A stretch of 34,573 nucleotides of DNA from Perkinsus chesapeaki ATCC PRA-425 (GCA_013115145.1 JAAPAO010000378.1:1-34573), one strand, 5' to 3'. Positions 9,888-22,279 are shown, numbered from the stretch's first letter. The notes: generated from the sequence alone by a model not told the origin. A program made the numbers and translations.

Positions 9888-10262
9888 GAATTTGATTTTT
9901 GCGAAGCCGCTGCGCGAGTTGCGCTTCACGAAGCCAACAACCTTGACTCGAGGACCTGGCCCTCAGGACCAGCGAAGGTGTATGCCATACACTGTATGGC
10001 ATGATGACCACATAAGGACCTTCTTAAACACATTCTCACACACTTCTCCCCGTATTCGCAATCGGCAGAATGGCAGCTGTGTCACATGCACCCTGCGCAG
10101 CGGATCAGGCGGCTGAAGAGTGAACTATGGATCCACACTATAGCTCGCCACCGACCAGGATTCACACCTAGCAGGTGAACTGCTAGGGTTCTCTACCGAT
10201 TAGTTTGCCCTTTCAGATCGGCACTTCATAAGTATGGATGGGAAGAGTATTGGCCCTCTTAG
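9888..10262 (+). pseudogene. Spliced 3' fragment of an unidentified gene
   Basis: Exons 9888-9977, 10017-10174 and 10217-10262 join in frame through GT-AG introns of 39 and 42 nt: EFDFCEAAARVALHEANNLDSRTWPSGPAKDLLKHILTHFSPYSQSAEWQLCHMHPAQRIRRLKSELWIHTIARHRPGFTPSRSALHKYGWEEYWPS*. No 5' half was found. Confidence 0.4.
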
Positions 10263-10425
10263 CTTTTTCAAGTATTGGAACTTTGCTCCTCGTAGTAATT
10301 CCTACTGTTACCCTGTATTCCATGACAAGGATCGGCGTCGCTGAGCGTCGCTGAGCGACGGTTACTCCAATTATGGCCGTTACGACCGCAGTTTGGGGCT
10401 GGCTCTTACCCAATGTGTTGGTATT

Positions 10426-10881
10426 GGCTAAAGCACATCGGTCGTCACACTGTGTGACTCACACAAAGTCTGTCCCGTTGAGGGAGGGCAAGACAGGCTT
10501 GTGTCAGACAATATAGAATACATTGCGCTTAAGCGTAGAAATTCCACGCCGTAGATTAATCGATATTGAGCTACACGCTCAGCCGAGAGAAGCTAACGAT
10601 AGTCAGAGTAAGCCAACGATATAGCATCTGACTCTACGGCAGGGTAGTACTGCTCTCTACCATAGAGTATCTGACTCGTCTAATGGACGAGGGCATGGAA
10701 GACGTTCCGCTTCTCTCGGCTGAGGATGTAGCTCAATATCGACTAATCTACGCTTAAGCGCAATGTCTTGTGTATTGTCTGACACAAGCCTATCTTGTCC
10801 TCCGGGAGGACTAAGTCCCGTTAAGAGAGGACTCCTCTCTTACCGGAACATACTTTGTGTGACGACCGATGTGTTTTAGCC
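10426..10881. mobile_element. Fold-back / MITE-like element with long imperfect inverted arms
   Basis: The left arm (about 10426-10605) is the reverse complement of the right arm (about 10706-10881), e.g. GGCTAAAGCACATCGGTCGTCACAC / GTGTGACGACCGATGTGTTTTAGCC and CAGGCTTGTGTCAGACAAT / ATTGTCTGACACAAGCCT. No ORF and no clear target-site duplication. Confidence 0.7.
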
Positions 10882-11897
10882 TGGCTTAATTTAGCCAACA
10901 TTGGTGACTCTCCGGCTCTACAAATATACTGCCATACTACATTCTACCCTAGAACTATAGGCTCTAGGCTATGGAAGGTCCCTTTGAGGTTCTGGGATCG
11001 AACTCCCTTCCCGAGTCCATTATAGTTCAAATTTGTGAGTTAGACGGTACGTGCTCAGATGACGAGGAGAGCAGACGACTCCAGCAAGTTCCTGGCAGCA
11101 ATAAGTTTCTGGCATGAATTCCTCCATGACATTCAGCATGTACTGCTATTGTACTACAAATATGGATCTTTAGATTACCAGGTGCAATAGATAATGCTTT
11201 GTTTGTCACATCGCATCTCGGCAGATTCTAGAATAAGCGTTCAGGGAGGCCTGCAAACTCTCGAAATAAGCATTATTGCGTTGTGAGACTCAACTGGAAG
11301 CTCATAATTGTGCCAATGCAAAACCAGTGTAGTTTAACTAGATTGCAATACAGCAATACTAGACTGACTTTCGACTTAGAAATCATATCTTATCAATTTT
11401 ACTTCCTGTTGCGATCGTGGGCTCACCCGGGACCCTTGTCGAATTGTATTTAGCGGGGTATTAAACTCATTTTTGGCGTCTTGGCGTCTAAGGAATCGCC
11501 ACTGACGATTATAAATCGCGAAAGGGTTCTTGGGCTAACGCAACTACGTGAGTTTGGTGTCGTTAGTTATGTATGGGGACCCGTGGTGCACATGAGATTT
11601 TAAGATGGCAACTGGGAATTGCCTTGTTTGAAACCAGTTGTTTCTCGGGATTCTGGACAAGTGCGCATTCTATTCAACGGTCGAGTCTCGACCTAAAAGA
11701 ATAGCGGGGCACGGTGATTACACTTTAATACACTTACTAAGTTCGCGACCGTTCAATAGGCTCAACTCAGTGAACGTTTGCGAAACGAGCCACGCTATCT
11801 ACGCGAGTCGCGTAACGCGACGTACCGTCTCACACTGCGGTATTTTGCGGTTGTCTCGCTATGTGACTAATCCACAAGCTGTTACTAATGTTCTGCA

Positions 11898-12085
11898 AGT
11901 GATGTTTTGGTCCGCAGCTCTAACCAGATCTCTATATATGGCGTACTCGAGGCACCACACTGGTCCAATAGTTCGACTTTCGAGCACAGTTACAATATTC
12001 CACGAGTGATACTGGGGCTCAGAACTCTGACCAGATCCTTGTATATATCGTACTCGCGGCGCTACACTGAGTCAATAATTCCACT
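11898..12085. repeat. Degenerate tandem duplication, period about 107 bp
   Basis: CTCTAACCAGATCTCTATATATGGCGTACTCGAGGCACCACACTGGTCCAATA at 11918 versus CTCTGACCAGATCCTTGTATATATCGTACTCGCGGCGCTACACTGAGTCAATA at 12025. Confidence 0.7.
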
Positions 12086-12416
12086 TGTCAGCAGGGAACG
12101 CAGGTATCAATATTGTACAAGTCGTACTAACATCTGGCGACTCACCGGGCGGTGAGTACCTTTGCCTTTTCGCTTAGCTCAATTAGCGCCTCACACTAGG
12201 CGCAAGACGGTAGTACACATAGTACGGGGGGCATCGTCAGCGTAAGCCGGTAAATACTCAACCTCGGCGGGCTCGTGAAATTCGGTTGGGCGAACTTTGA
12301 GGTTTTGTATAATTGTCAACAAAACAATAGAGCGGAAAGAGATAGTTCTAGAGGGAGCTAAATAAAACGACGTGTTGGTTTAGGAGGACAGGCTGTGTTC
12401 AACAGCTCAAAGCCTG

Positions 12417-12435
12417 AATTCCCGGCCGCGTAACT
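12417..12435 (+). pseudogene. 3' remnant of tRNA-Asp marking the start of duplication unit 2
   Basis: AATTCCCGGCCGCGTAACT versus AATTCCCGGCCGCGGAACT at 833-851 (18 of 19 identical), at a near-identical distance from the oxidase stop codon. No tRNA similarity further upstream. Confidence 0.8.
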
Positions 12436-12453
12436 CTGTACTGGCAGCATGTA

Positions 12454-14580
12454 TCATTTCACCGTTTCGGCGACTGCTATCATACCACGGTCTTCGTGAT
12501 AGAGGATGTGGCAGTGTACGAGTATGCCTCCAGTGAAGTCCACTGACCAGAATCTCACAGTCACGCCTTTCTTGCTGAAATTGAATCCTCCAATCGTATC
12601 GTACCTAATTTCATGACCAATTTGCGGGATATTGAACCAAACCCGCCTCACCAATGCCCGAGATAGAAGCCAGCTTCCTCTCCTTCATTTTTACTTGCTT
12701 CATCACCGAATCTGGCTATCTGGACTGGATACGTATGCATATGTACGGGGTGCTTCCAATCCCCCTTCTCATAAATCCATTCGTTTAAATCCCCGAGATG
12801 CATTTGTGTTAGATAATCAGTAGCAGAAGTGAAAGACTTGCCGTTCACGGCGAGCTCTCCTACCTCTAACTGAGCAGCGCGGAAATTCGAAGCTGAGAAT
12901 AGTACACATAGGACTACAGCGGCAAGTAAGATCATAACTGTCGAGTTCTTCTCGGCACCGAAACGGCTCTGTTCCGCCTGCAGCCGTATGTAGCCGTAAC
13001 CCCTTGAACAGTGTACCACGAACCATTTCCACAAAGGAACCCCGAGTAGGATAGCAAGGACGGCAAAAAGCCAACCTAGAAAGGTGTGCGATGGGAAGGT
13101 CGGATAATAGTGGCCGAATTTGAGATGGAACTGTGGCGCTGTTGGCGAGAGATTTCTTGTGTCCGCCAAATATTTGGCAGTTGGTGGCTCGTAGCGTGGA
13201 AGTCTCGCTGATCCACTCTCTGATGAGCTAGGGATGACGCTTAAGATATCTCCAGTGTACCAGTAGTTGTCGGGACTCTTGTGGCTGACACCAATGAACT
13301 GCGCGTGCTGATCTGAGCTATTGCACCGGACGGCGACATCGCGACGTGAACCGGGAATGAGAATGAAGGAATTGACCTTTCTTGGCCCGTCTGTTGAAGG
13401 TATACCATCAGCAGCGATGACCTGACAAAAAGACCGTCATCCACATTAGAGCGGTAGACTGTGTTGAGTAGGACGTGGCAACTCACGCTCATTTCGCAGG
13501 CTCCCTCCGGTACAATTGTGATGTTAACATGGGCGGCAACTGGTGGATGAATGAAGCGAAGTACACCCCATTCCTTCAGAGGAACGTTAATCGTGGGAGC
13601 TGAGATCGAAATAAAACCCTTCTCCGCTGTCAGTTCGTACCGACGAGGCCATTCACGAGGTACTTAGAAAACACCGCCTCTTCAGATTCCTTCACAGCGA
13701 GCTCCTCTGGTTCCATATAGCTCGGCGGGCCGTTGACGTCGCCGGCCTCGTGACTGTAGAACGGCCAGTCCACACCTGTCAATGGAATTCCCCTCGCGAA
13801 AGAGTCGGAGCTCACCTTGGGAGTCGGTGATGGGCTTGGGCTCTAGTTTATAACAATGGAAGCACACATGGCCTAACACTAGCCCCCTCTCGAAAGGGAA
13901 CTCCTGCTCGCCGTTCCTGAGAGAAGTGATGCGAAGTGACTAGTAACTCCGGGCTAGTCTACTTAGGGCCGATAATGAGGGCACCAGCGAGGCCCTGGCC
14001 GACCTGGATAAATGTGCTCCCGTGGAGATGCGCATGGTACATATACGTGCCTAAAACGATAGTCCGAGATAATCGAGCGGCAGCCGTCCACACCGTGCAC
14101 GTGGTCCTGAGGTACATGATAGACGTATGTGAGGTTGTCTCCAGGTTGACAGGATACCAACACGTCATCTTCTTGTGGTGATATGTGAAGACCGTGAACG
14201 TGGAGGTTAGTTGCATTCAACTAGGGCGAGCCAGTAACTCGGTGAATATTCGAGAAAGGTACCCTGCCCAAATGATTGTTCTTCCATGCACCTTGAGGCG
14301 GCGAAAGCCTATTAATGATAGTGATCCGCAGTGTGTCGCCTGGGGAAACTCGGATGGTCGGCCACACGAGCCTCTCATTATAGACTCGGGGCTGCCAATG
14401 GTCTATACCAACCTAACAAATACGCTAAAGGCTTGTATAGAATGGAAAGGCTACACTCTCCATCAACTCGGGATCGGCGATATCAAGAAAGAGATCCTGC
14501 TCTACTGTAGCGGCTGTGACGAATACCTGTGAGCATATCGCCGCGAGAATAGGCCATCGACATAAAGAACCGAAGACCAT
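12454..14580 (-). CDS. Three-domain multicopper oxidase, copy 2 (paralogue of 869-2985)
   Basis: ATG at 14580 (MVFGSLCRWPILAAICSQVFVTAA). The exon layout parallels copy 1. Motifs TNLHVHG, YHAHLHG, HPVHMH and HCHILYHEDRGM are intact, and the hydrophobic hairpin is retained. Confidence 0.9.
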
Positions 14581-15538
14581 CAATAGTCAGCCTGTGGAAG
14601 CAAGACAGACTATCATAGCAGCTTTCACGGGACTTTGTGTGTAATTGATTGATGGGATTTATAGGGATCCTCTTGCACATGCGTGCAAACCCATGCGTGC
14701 TGTGCGCAGTCTGTCAAGAGTTAGCGCTCTCGTTCGTGAGCAAAGCCTTGCATACTTCTGTTAACACAACAATGTGATATACCGACAACTTCCACACATC
14801 TACATGGCGGGATGCCTCCATAATTACATTTATGTGTCGGTTGTTGTCAATCGAAGTTGACACCTTTCTTCGGTAGATAGGTTGACCATGGTGCCCTCCA
14901 CTATGTTGGCCATGTAGGAATCACCTGAATTAAAACTATCCACGAGAAACAGCCCCTAGGCTTCACCTTCGATATCGAACACTGTATTGGGTACGTGACA
15001 TCGCTGAGCTTCAGTTACAATTTCAGCCGCCACTGGGGGCAAGGGCCTCCACTGCCCGGATAAATCTCGCCATTCCCATAGGGCGATCGGCTCTAAACAG
15101 GGTACAATGGAACATGCTTTAGATCAGCTCACTCCCGATCAGAGAAGCTTCCGCGAAATGCCCGTCACCGAAATGCCTGAGATCGAAGGGATTCCACTCG
15201 CGAGGAAACGAACGAGGAGGCTTGCCCGGGCTGCATGGAGTAATCAAGAGGAATCTGAAGAAATGCTAAATAGAAGTTGCGGCAGGCAAAAACTATTACC
15301 GAATTTGCATCATATTGATCATCGCAAGGCTCGTTGATAACCCTAAGAGAGGAGATCCCACCAGCCGTGCTAGGCAGGGGTGACATGGCGTTTCAAAGCT
15401 TCAGGCGACCGCAGCGAATGACTGAGGTAGAGCTTGCCTGAGCTGACGGCTTACCCGCTTCGATCTACAATTGTAACCGGCGTGGGCACTGGACCTGCAC
15501 CATTAACACAGGTGGTGTCCACCAGGAGTCGCAATCTA

Positions 15539-18500
15539 CTAATTACTGGCGAACTCCATATTAGCTGCAGTCTCGGCATAGTTCGATATCACCGTAGTGA
15601 AGTTTCCTTGTAGAGACTGCGCACGCTGTAGGATACTCTGAAGGTCAAGCAAGCACCCAACTTTGATGATATCCGTGCCGCATACCTGCCGAGTTGCCGT
15701 GGTCTCTGGCGTCAAATTCTCAGGATTCAGACTTTCTGGCAGGCCCCTGTATGCCGGGTTTGTTAAGTGATACCTATCGGCGATGTTGAAGCTGGTGGCG
15801 AGGCCGGATTGGGCCGCACTTGTCAGTCCTTCCCCAGAGATACTGAGCTGCGTAGTAGTCCGGTGCGCGTTCGACAGCGCGTCGGAGCGTGGTGTCAGTG
15901 GACTGCTGACACATGAAGGTGCAACATGCGTATCTGAGGTGGCCTGGGGAGCAGCTGTGACCGTTGAAGAGCTTGCCTGAGCACACTTAGCGGCGATAAC
16001 AGGATAATGACGCTAAAGGAGATAAGTGCTCCCATGCCACCATTGAAGCTTCCCAGCTGACTATCGGCGATCGATGGACGTATAAGAATGAGGCCCATGA
16101 CACCTAGGAGCTGTACCCACGAGAAGGGCCTGGTTTAGGTAAGTGGGAGGGCCCACGTACAACTGCTGATGCCTCTATGAGCAGCATCGCCTGCTTGGCT
16201 AACTTGGCGGATTGAGTGTAAGGCCTCTTACACTTGCGCAGTAAAAGATACCTGACAGTAGAATGTAAGTACACTGCCCGTGCCGCAGTATTAATATAAA
16301 TGAGGAGCTTCCATGAAGGTTCAAATGGCTTCAACAATATAGACAACATAAGCGGTAGTAGCAACTGCGAGTCCGAGTCCGAGCGTATGACTCAACAGAG
16401 TAGCTAACTGGATGAAAAAGAACCAGTTCCTTTCAATGGTTCGGATTCCAAACTTTGAAACCTGGTTCTGAACCAGGGTCTAAACGCGGGGGATGGGAAT
16501 ACATACTTGCTGCTCCAGTCCTGAAGTGTAAGACCAAGAGCCACCAATGGTAATATGACGGGCAGAATAGGGGCAAATATTATACCCAGAAAGTAAGACT
16601 TCAAGGCGTAAGCGTATCTGGATGCTCAGCGAAAAGCTTGATCGAAGCTGATGCCGAGAATTGCCTGACAGCCATGTCGATGTTGGAGCCCTCATGGAGC
16701 TTGTTGTATCTGAATTTCGAGCTAATTAGTATGGTAAAGGTGTGGATACTTTTCCTGCTTCAAGCGACTTCTAGCTGGATCGATCTTCTTTACTATGTAT
16801 TTACGAAATAGGCCTCCTAGGTCCAGGAACGCCAAAGCAGGCGGGAAAACCTAATTGAGGGCATATTTTAGTCTTCAGCAGCTCTTTCGAAGAGACTGTA
16901 GAGCCTCCAGCAGCCCCTCTTGAAGAGGAGTGCTACAAAGAATTGATTCACATCTACGCGTCGAGCATAGCGAAACTCATACGGTTGGTTAATCGAACGG
17001 AGAAATGGCGGAAGCATGTAGTGAAAGTTCTTTGCAGCATATAAAAGCAGTTATCCTTAGTTCTTTCTGATTGAAAACTAGGCCAATGACCAGCTGCATC
17101 CCCACCAATGGCCCATAAGTCATGGGGTTGGTTTTATGTCATTTTGCGTCGGTACGCACCGTCAAAAGCCGAATCCACAGTCTAAGGGCAAACGTATACT
17201 GACCAGGTCATCCACTAGCTTCCATCTACAAGAAAGGTTCCAAAGCCATCAATTTCGTTCAATTAACATGTAAAATTACCGAGTTGATGAGAACTGTCAT
17301 GAAGACATCGGGGACCATGCCGCCAGCCCTATACCAGTTCACACTGTCAGCGTTCACAGCATACGTAATAACTGCGGTATTAATTATGTACGCCAGGCTT
17401 AGCTTCATCATTATACTGCCTAAAACCCACATTAGTAAGAGAGGTAGCGGATGCGGTATGGAACCATCTCACTGTCTTTGGCAGAAACAGTAAAGTGACG
17501 TTCATGGATGACACTCTTGTAGGCTAGCTTAGTGATTAACAGGTTAAGCAAAGCTATGGTGAGGGCAGGGAAAACAGACCTGAAAAACGGAAAATATGTG
17601 GGGACAGCTTTTTCAAATGCTATTGTCATACGATAATGAGATAAACAATCGATGCATTTCCTAGTGGTTGTTTCTGATTGAAAAGCAGTAAACCGGCGAA
17701 TGCTCTAGCTGCGAATTGACGATAAGACTGAACCGAAATATCTTCGTCTTACAGGACGGCTGAGCCATCACTTAGCGATTCCTGTGCCTTTTGTAGGCCA
17801 TAGCATGCCACGCCACATACAGCAATCATTATAGCAATAAACACCTACACCAACGACTGTGCTAATGTCAAACTCACAACCCTAACAAGAGTTGTCATCT
17901 TTGCTGCTCTGCGCTGTTTCGCAGTGACGCCAAGATTCTCCCAGTGAAAGTCGGTCGGATTTGGGGCTCTGCTCACCCTTAGACGGCTAAGTCGAGTTAA
18001 CTTGTGAATTGGCGCACTTGCACAGCCCTACCGTCCCCTGAACCTCGGGCGGCCGTCAAGACAGCCGCAATTGAAGCCGATCCTCTCCAGCTGCGCAGAA
18101 AATACCGCACGCCACAGAAATCGCTCGGGCCCACCGAATGCAAGACTCTGTACCACCACCTATTCCACCGCCGAATGCATTCTCGATGATCACTCTGGTA
18201 TCTGAGGTCAGGAATTTCTGCCCGTCAATGTGAATCGTTCGACCTGAAAATCACGACGGCATGACCGGAAGATCGTATCTTAGCTTCCCTATCGGGTGCA
18301 ACGCTCGCCAAGGCTTCCTTCGCTGCTCGAAGCTCAGCCTGAACACGGAAGCGGTTCCGCGGGAGCGGGCGATTGCGAAACCTGGAGGTTGGGGTTGCCG
18401 GGATCTTGGGTGAGATTTAGCTCTGCCTGCTTCTTACGCTTAACTGCGTCGAAAAGATCGGATATATCGAAGCATACTAATGCTTTGACAACCTCACGAG

Positions 18501-20253
18501 AATCGTGCATTCTTCAAGCTAGGATATTCTCACCTCCACTTGTCTACCACGGATAGTATGGTGGGTGAAGAACTGCAGTATCTCGAACTCATCAGTTGCG
18601 TCCTTTGGAAGTCCCGAAACAAAAACCGCATAATCATTCGGGTGATCTAATGGAAGACACTCCCACAGTGCATGATGTAATGGCAGTACTGGTGGCAGCG
18701 TCACACTCTGACTCAAGCACTCTTATTCTCCTAGAGTATTGTACCTTGAATGAGATCGCAGGGGAGTACGGTATGAAAGATCGGCTCACCGAAAAGAACA
18801 GTACGGTCAGAATCATCAGGGCCATGGCCGAGCCACTGAAGAGAGGAAAAAGGAATCACAAAGTAGTCGGGGGAACTGGGAGCATATATTATCTAGTACT
18901 GTTGTCTTCAAGAAGGGGCTATCTACACTATTCGAAGATATTTCGGGACAAGACCCTGCAGATACCTAACCGGGCTTACGAGCTTGAATTGAGGTGAAAA
19001 TCTTTCGTTCCTCGTTCCTCAAAAGCGTATACATTCTGAGGAGTTCCCCTGGGGGGTCTCAACAGAGCCAGGTTACTTGAAAACAGAGGGATACTAGATA
19101 CGCTCGGTCAATGATAGTTCAATGATGGAGAATCCTTCCCGGCAGCGTCAACTGATTCCGCATGAACTATCATCAAGTTGATAATAATTTCTGCGCTATC
19201 ACATACCTAATCAGTTTCCTAATTGACGCTACCAGGAAGAATGCTATTATGTCAACTCTGAATATCAGAATCCGAAGGCGGTTGACGTACAATGCAGTTC
19301 CCTCGTAGCCATGGTAACCATGGTTTCCCGGAGTTAGCCACGAACTTGAGATCTGATACCATCAAATGTTTGTGGAGCAAAGAGCGGTATGGCATCACTT
19401 TACGGTCTCCAAAGGGAATCATTAAATCAATCGAGTCTGCTTTAGAGTTCGCCAGCAACATAATGATTGATATCTATAAGTTGACAACTTAGTCAGGCGC
19501 AGAGAAGGCGAAGGCCTACCACGAATAAAAGCACCATAAGGTTCCTCAGTGACCTAAAATTCAACAGCACGCCGGTAAACCGTGTAGACATGGTGGATAC
19601 TTGATGAAGTCAAAGTATACCGGGAACCCAGCCCCAAGTTCTGCCAAGGCCATGGACGGACACCACAGAGAGAACTGTTCGCATTCGCAGAGGAAGTCGT
19701 TCAACTGAGGCCACACAACGTGGGATGTCTCTCATATCAGTTCTGAGATCATTCATGGGTCTCCAGAAGATTTGTTGGAGCTGCAACTGGAATTAACACT
19801 CATCAGCAGTGTTATGAGAGTGCTGATGTCACCCATTCGGGCAGCCTTGAATACTCGCGAAGATGCGCTTTTCAATTGGTTGTAATGGTATGATGTGATA
19901 CTATAACATAACCCTCCACATAGAGACCGGCACCTTGAACTGGGCAGGGTTGATCTCTCCCGACATGAACTTGCAGTGGAGCTCCTGCATTCGGGCGTTA
20001 ACCTTCCGCACCTAGGGAACCATCTAATGTGCGATCGATAAGTCCGTGGTGACCTTTGTGGCTTCGCCATGTTTTATTGCTTCATGTTTGTCCAATGGCA
20101 TTTCCAAAGTACCCTAAGAAATTGGTCCTCTGATGAACTCTATGAGAGCTCCGTGAGACAGAGTTTTTGTGTGCCGTGTCCCTTTTGCCAATTATTATTC
20201 GGTATTATCTTCCTCACACTTTGCGAAGTGTCTCCCTCCTTTCGTATTGACAT
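15539..20253 (-). CDS. OSCA/TMEM63 (CSC1)-like multi-pass membrane protein, putative mechano/osmosensitive channel; many short introns
   Basis: Exon fragments in the expected order: LAELGAGFPVYFDFIK, DHPNDYAVFVSGLPKDATDEFEILQFF, FPALTIALLNLLITKLAYKSVIHERHFT, YFLGIIFAPILPVILPLVALGLTLQDWSSKY, GMGALISFSVIILLSPL, PDYYAAQYLW..KYHLTNPAY; stop at 15539-15541. The start is uncertain (20253 or 20101). A TMC-like assignment is not excluded. Confidence 0.65.
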
Positions 20254-21395
20254 ACTTCACACAATTCAATTGCGCGTCAAAGCAAAAATGGGGCTAGTCT
20301 ACCAAAAACTTGCCCATTAGAAGTGTCGCTCTTACAAAAGGCGTACTGAAGCCTACAGGCTAAACTTAGTGAAAATCGATTAGTATCCTCATAATATTAG
20401 AAAATTCTCGGTCATCGGGACGGTTATCTTTGTGTTGAGTCCTTCGCTAGCCACGGATAGGACACAGAGAGCGGCACAAATATCTGAAAACGAACGAACA
20501 AGATCTCTCAGCTTTAACAGTAAACTGAAAAGGGAACTTCTGTGGTTTTACAACAGCGGGTTTTGCGAAGGAAGTAGAACACACTGTGCCACGTAAGGAG
20601 ACCAGTTTACGCGAACGCCGAGTGAGGCCTCTTTATGAGCGTAAACCACGGGTTTGAGAATTTTTTACCAAACTTAAACTGACTACAACTCGCGCCAGTT
20701 CGATACACCAGAAAAGACTAGTAGTCATCGTAATAGGATTAAAGTTAATGATAACAGTGGCAATGATATAATTTATAGATTGATATCACTTACATTGGCT
20801 CTTTCGAGATGTATACGGTTAATGCCTGAGGACAATAACCTTCCATTAACCATAACATGGCTTCCTGCGAAAGCACGTCTGTTCGCAAGCCGTTTCATCA
20901 TATTCACCGCGTCCACCTGGGATCGTATCGAACATGTTACCTGTAGTAGGAATGATTAAATATGAGCCATGGCTCATGAAACGGTTGATCGATATCTCCT
21001 TGAGTTCTCCTAGTGAAAGTACATATACGATTCAGTTTGGCATCCCGAAGCGCTCTACGGCGGGAGACAACTAACATTTTGTAACTTGAAAAAGTACGAA
21101 AAATGACAAAAGAGATTTTGTTGAATTAGAGCGGGGCGAGCTCGGTTGATGGGTAACCGGGTATGTAAAATTCTATAAAAAGGGAATTAGCTCGAAATTT
21201 GTGTTACTTTCGATACTTTGGCTCGTTCTGGCATTTCTGGTTGTCGCGTACTGTACCAAATTTGCACCGCTGCAGTGACACCGTGCTTACCCCTGCTGTT
21301 TTCGGTGGTGATGAGGAGGCCGCTTTTCTCAATGATCGTTTGATATGAATCTTCAATGAAGGCCTCTCAACAGGAACCATCTCGACATCACTGTG

Positions 21396-21468
21396 TTCTC
21401 GGTAGCCTCGTAGACAAGGGGGACAGCTCCTAAGGAAAAGGTCCCGAGTTCGAATCCCACAATCAGCA
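21396..21468 (+). pseudogene. Degenerate tRNA-Arg(CCT)-like sequence (pseudo-tRNA or SINE head)
   Basis: A-box-like TAGCCTCGTAGA, anticodon loop CT-CCT-AA and B-box GAGTTCGAATCC are at tRNA spacing, but the acceptor and T stems do not pair. Confidence 0.5.
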
Positions 21469-22279
21469 CTTACCGTGTTGCCGGCCCCTCGGCAGAGTTG
21501 GTAAGAAAACACATATAAAAACTAACAGGCAATACCTCTGCTCAGTAGTGAATGGCCCAATTTAGAAAAGTCCGGTATGACCATATGAGAAACGTTAATG
21601 TTGACAACAATCTTGCACTGGCAGTTGGCCCGCAAGTTCGTTGACCGCGAGATAATCATAATCACGAAGATAGGTTCTGTCAAGGATATAAACTCGACAA
21701 AGCATGGTGTTGCTAAAAAACCAATCGATTTGTCGATCGAAACACTTATGCCAAAACCAACGAGAGGCACCGAAGAGGCCTTCCGCGAAATAATATTATG
21801 TTCCTAAGCAATGTCGTCTTTACTATGCTTGGCAAGCATGCATAAGTAGTATAATTCTAATGGAAGTCAAACGCTAGAGCACCGGTGCTGTTATTTGGCA
21901 ACGCAAATCTTATCAGGTAATGATGAGAGACAGAGAAAATTGTAGCAAATATAACAATGACAACAACCCTACCAAACAACAAGGCATACCCCCGTTTCTA
22001 GGATAGACATCGGAGAGAGCGGTATGAGTAGCCTACATTATGGTTAAACGATAATAGCCTTCCTGGGCTTCAAACTAATGAATGTCCCCTAGTCTATAGC
22101 CACCACCATAATGATAACCAACGTGAAACGACATTTATCTCACATTGTCAACTGAAACTATACCGTCGCTACTAGTGGCACTAATAGTACGAAAAGGCCA
22201 AAGAAGGCAGCGGGCTCGCCTCTACTATGAGAGCTTATTATACAGGTAAACTTTGCCCCACCTCTCCGACAATATCAGC

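Noticed and set aside
14885-15340. Possible small plus-strand spliced gene upstream of oxidase copy 2
   Set aside because: The exon phases are ambiguous and there is no recognisable motif.
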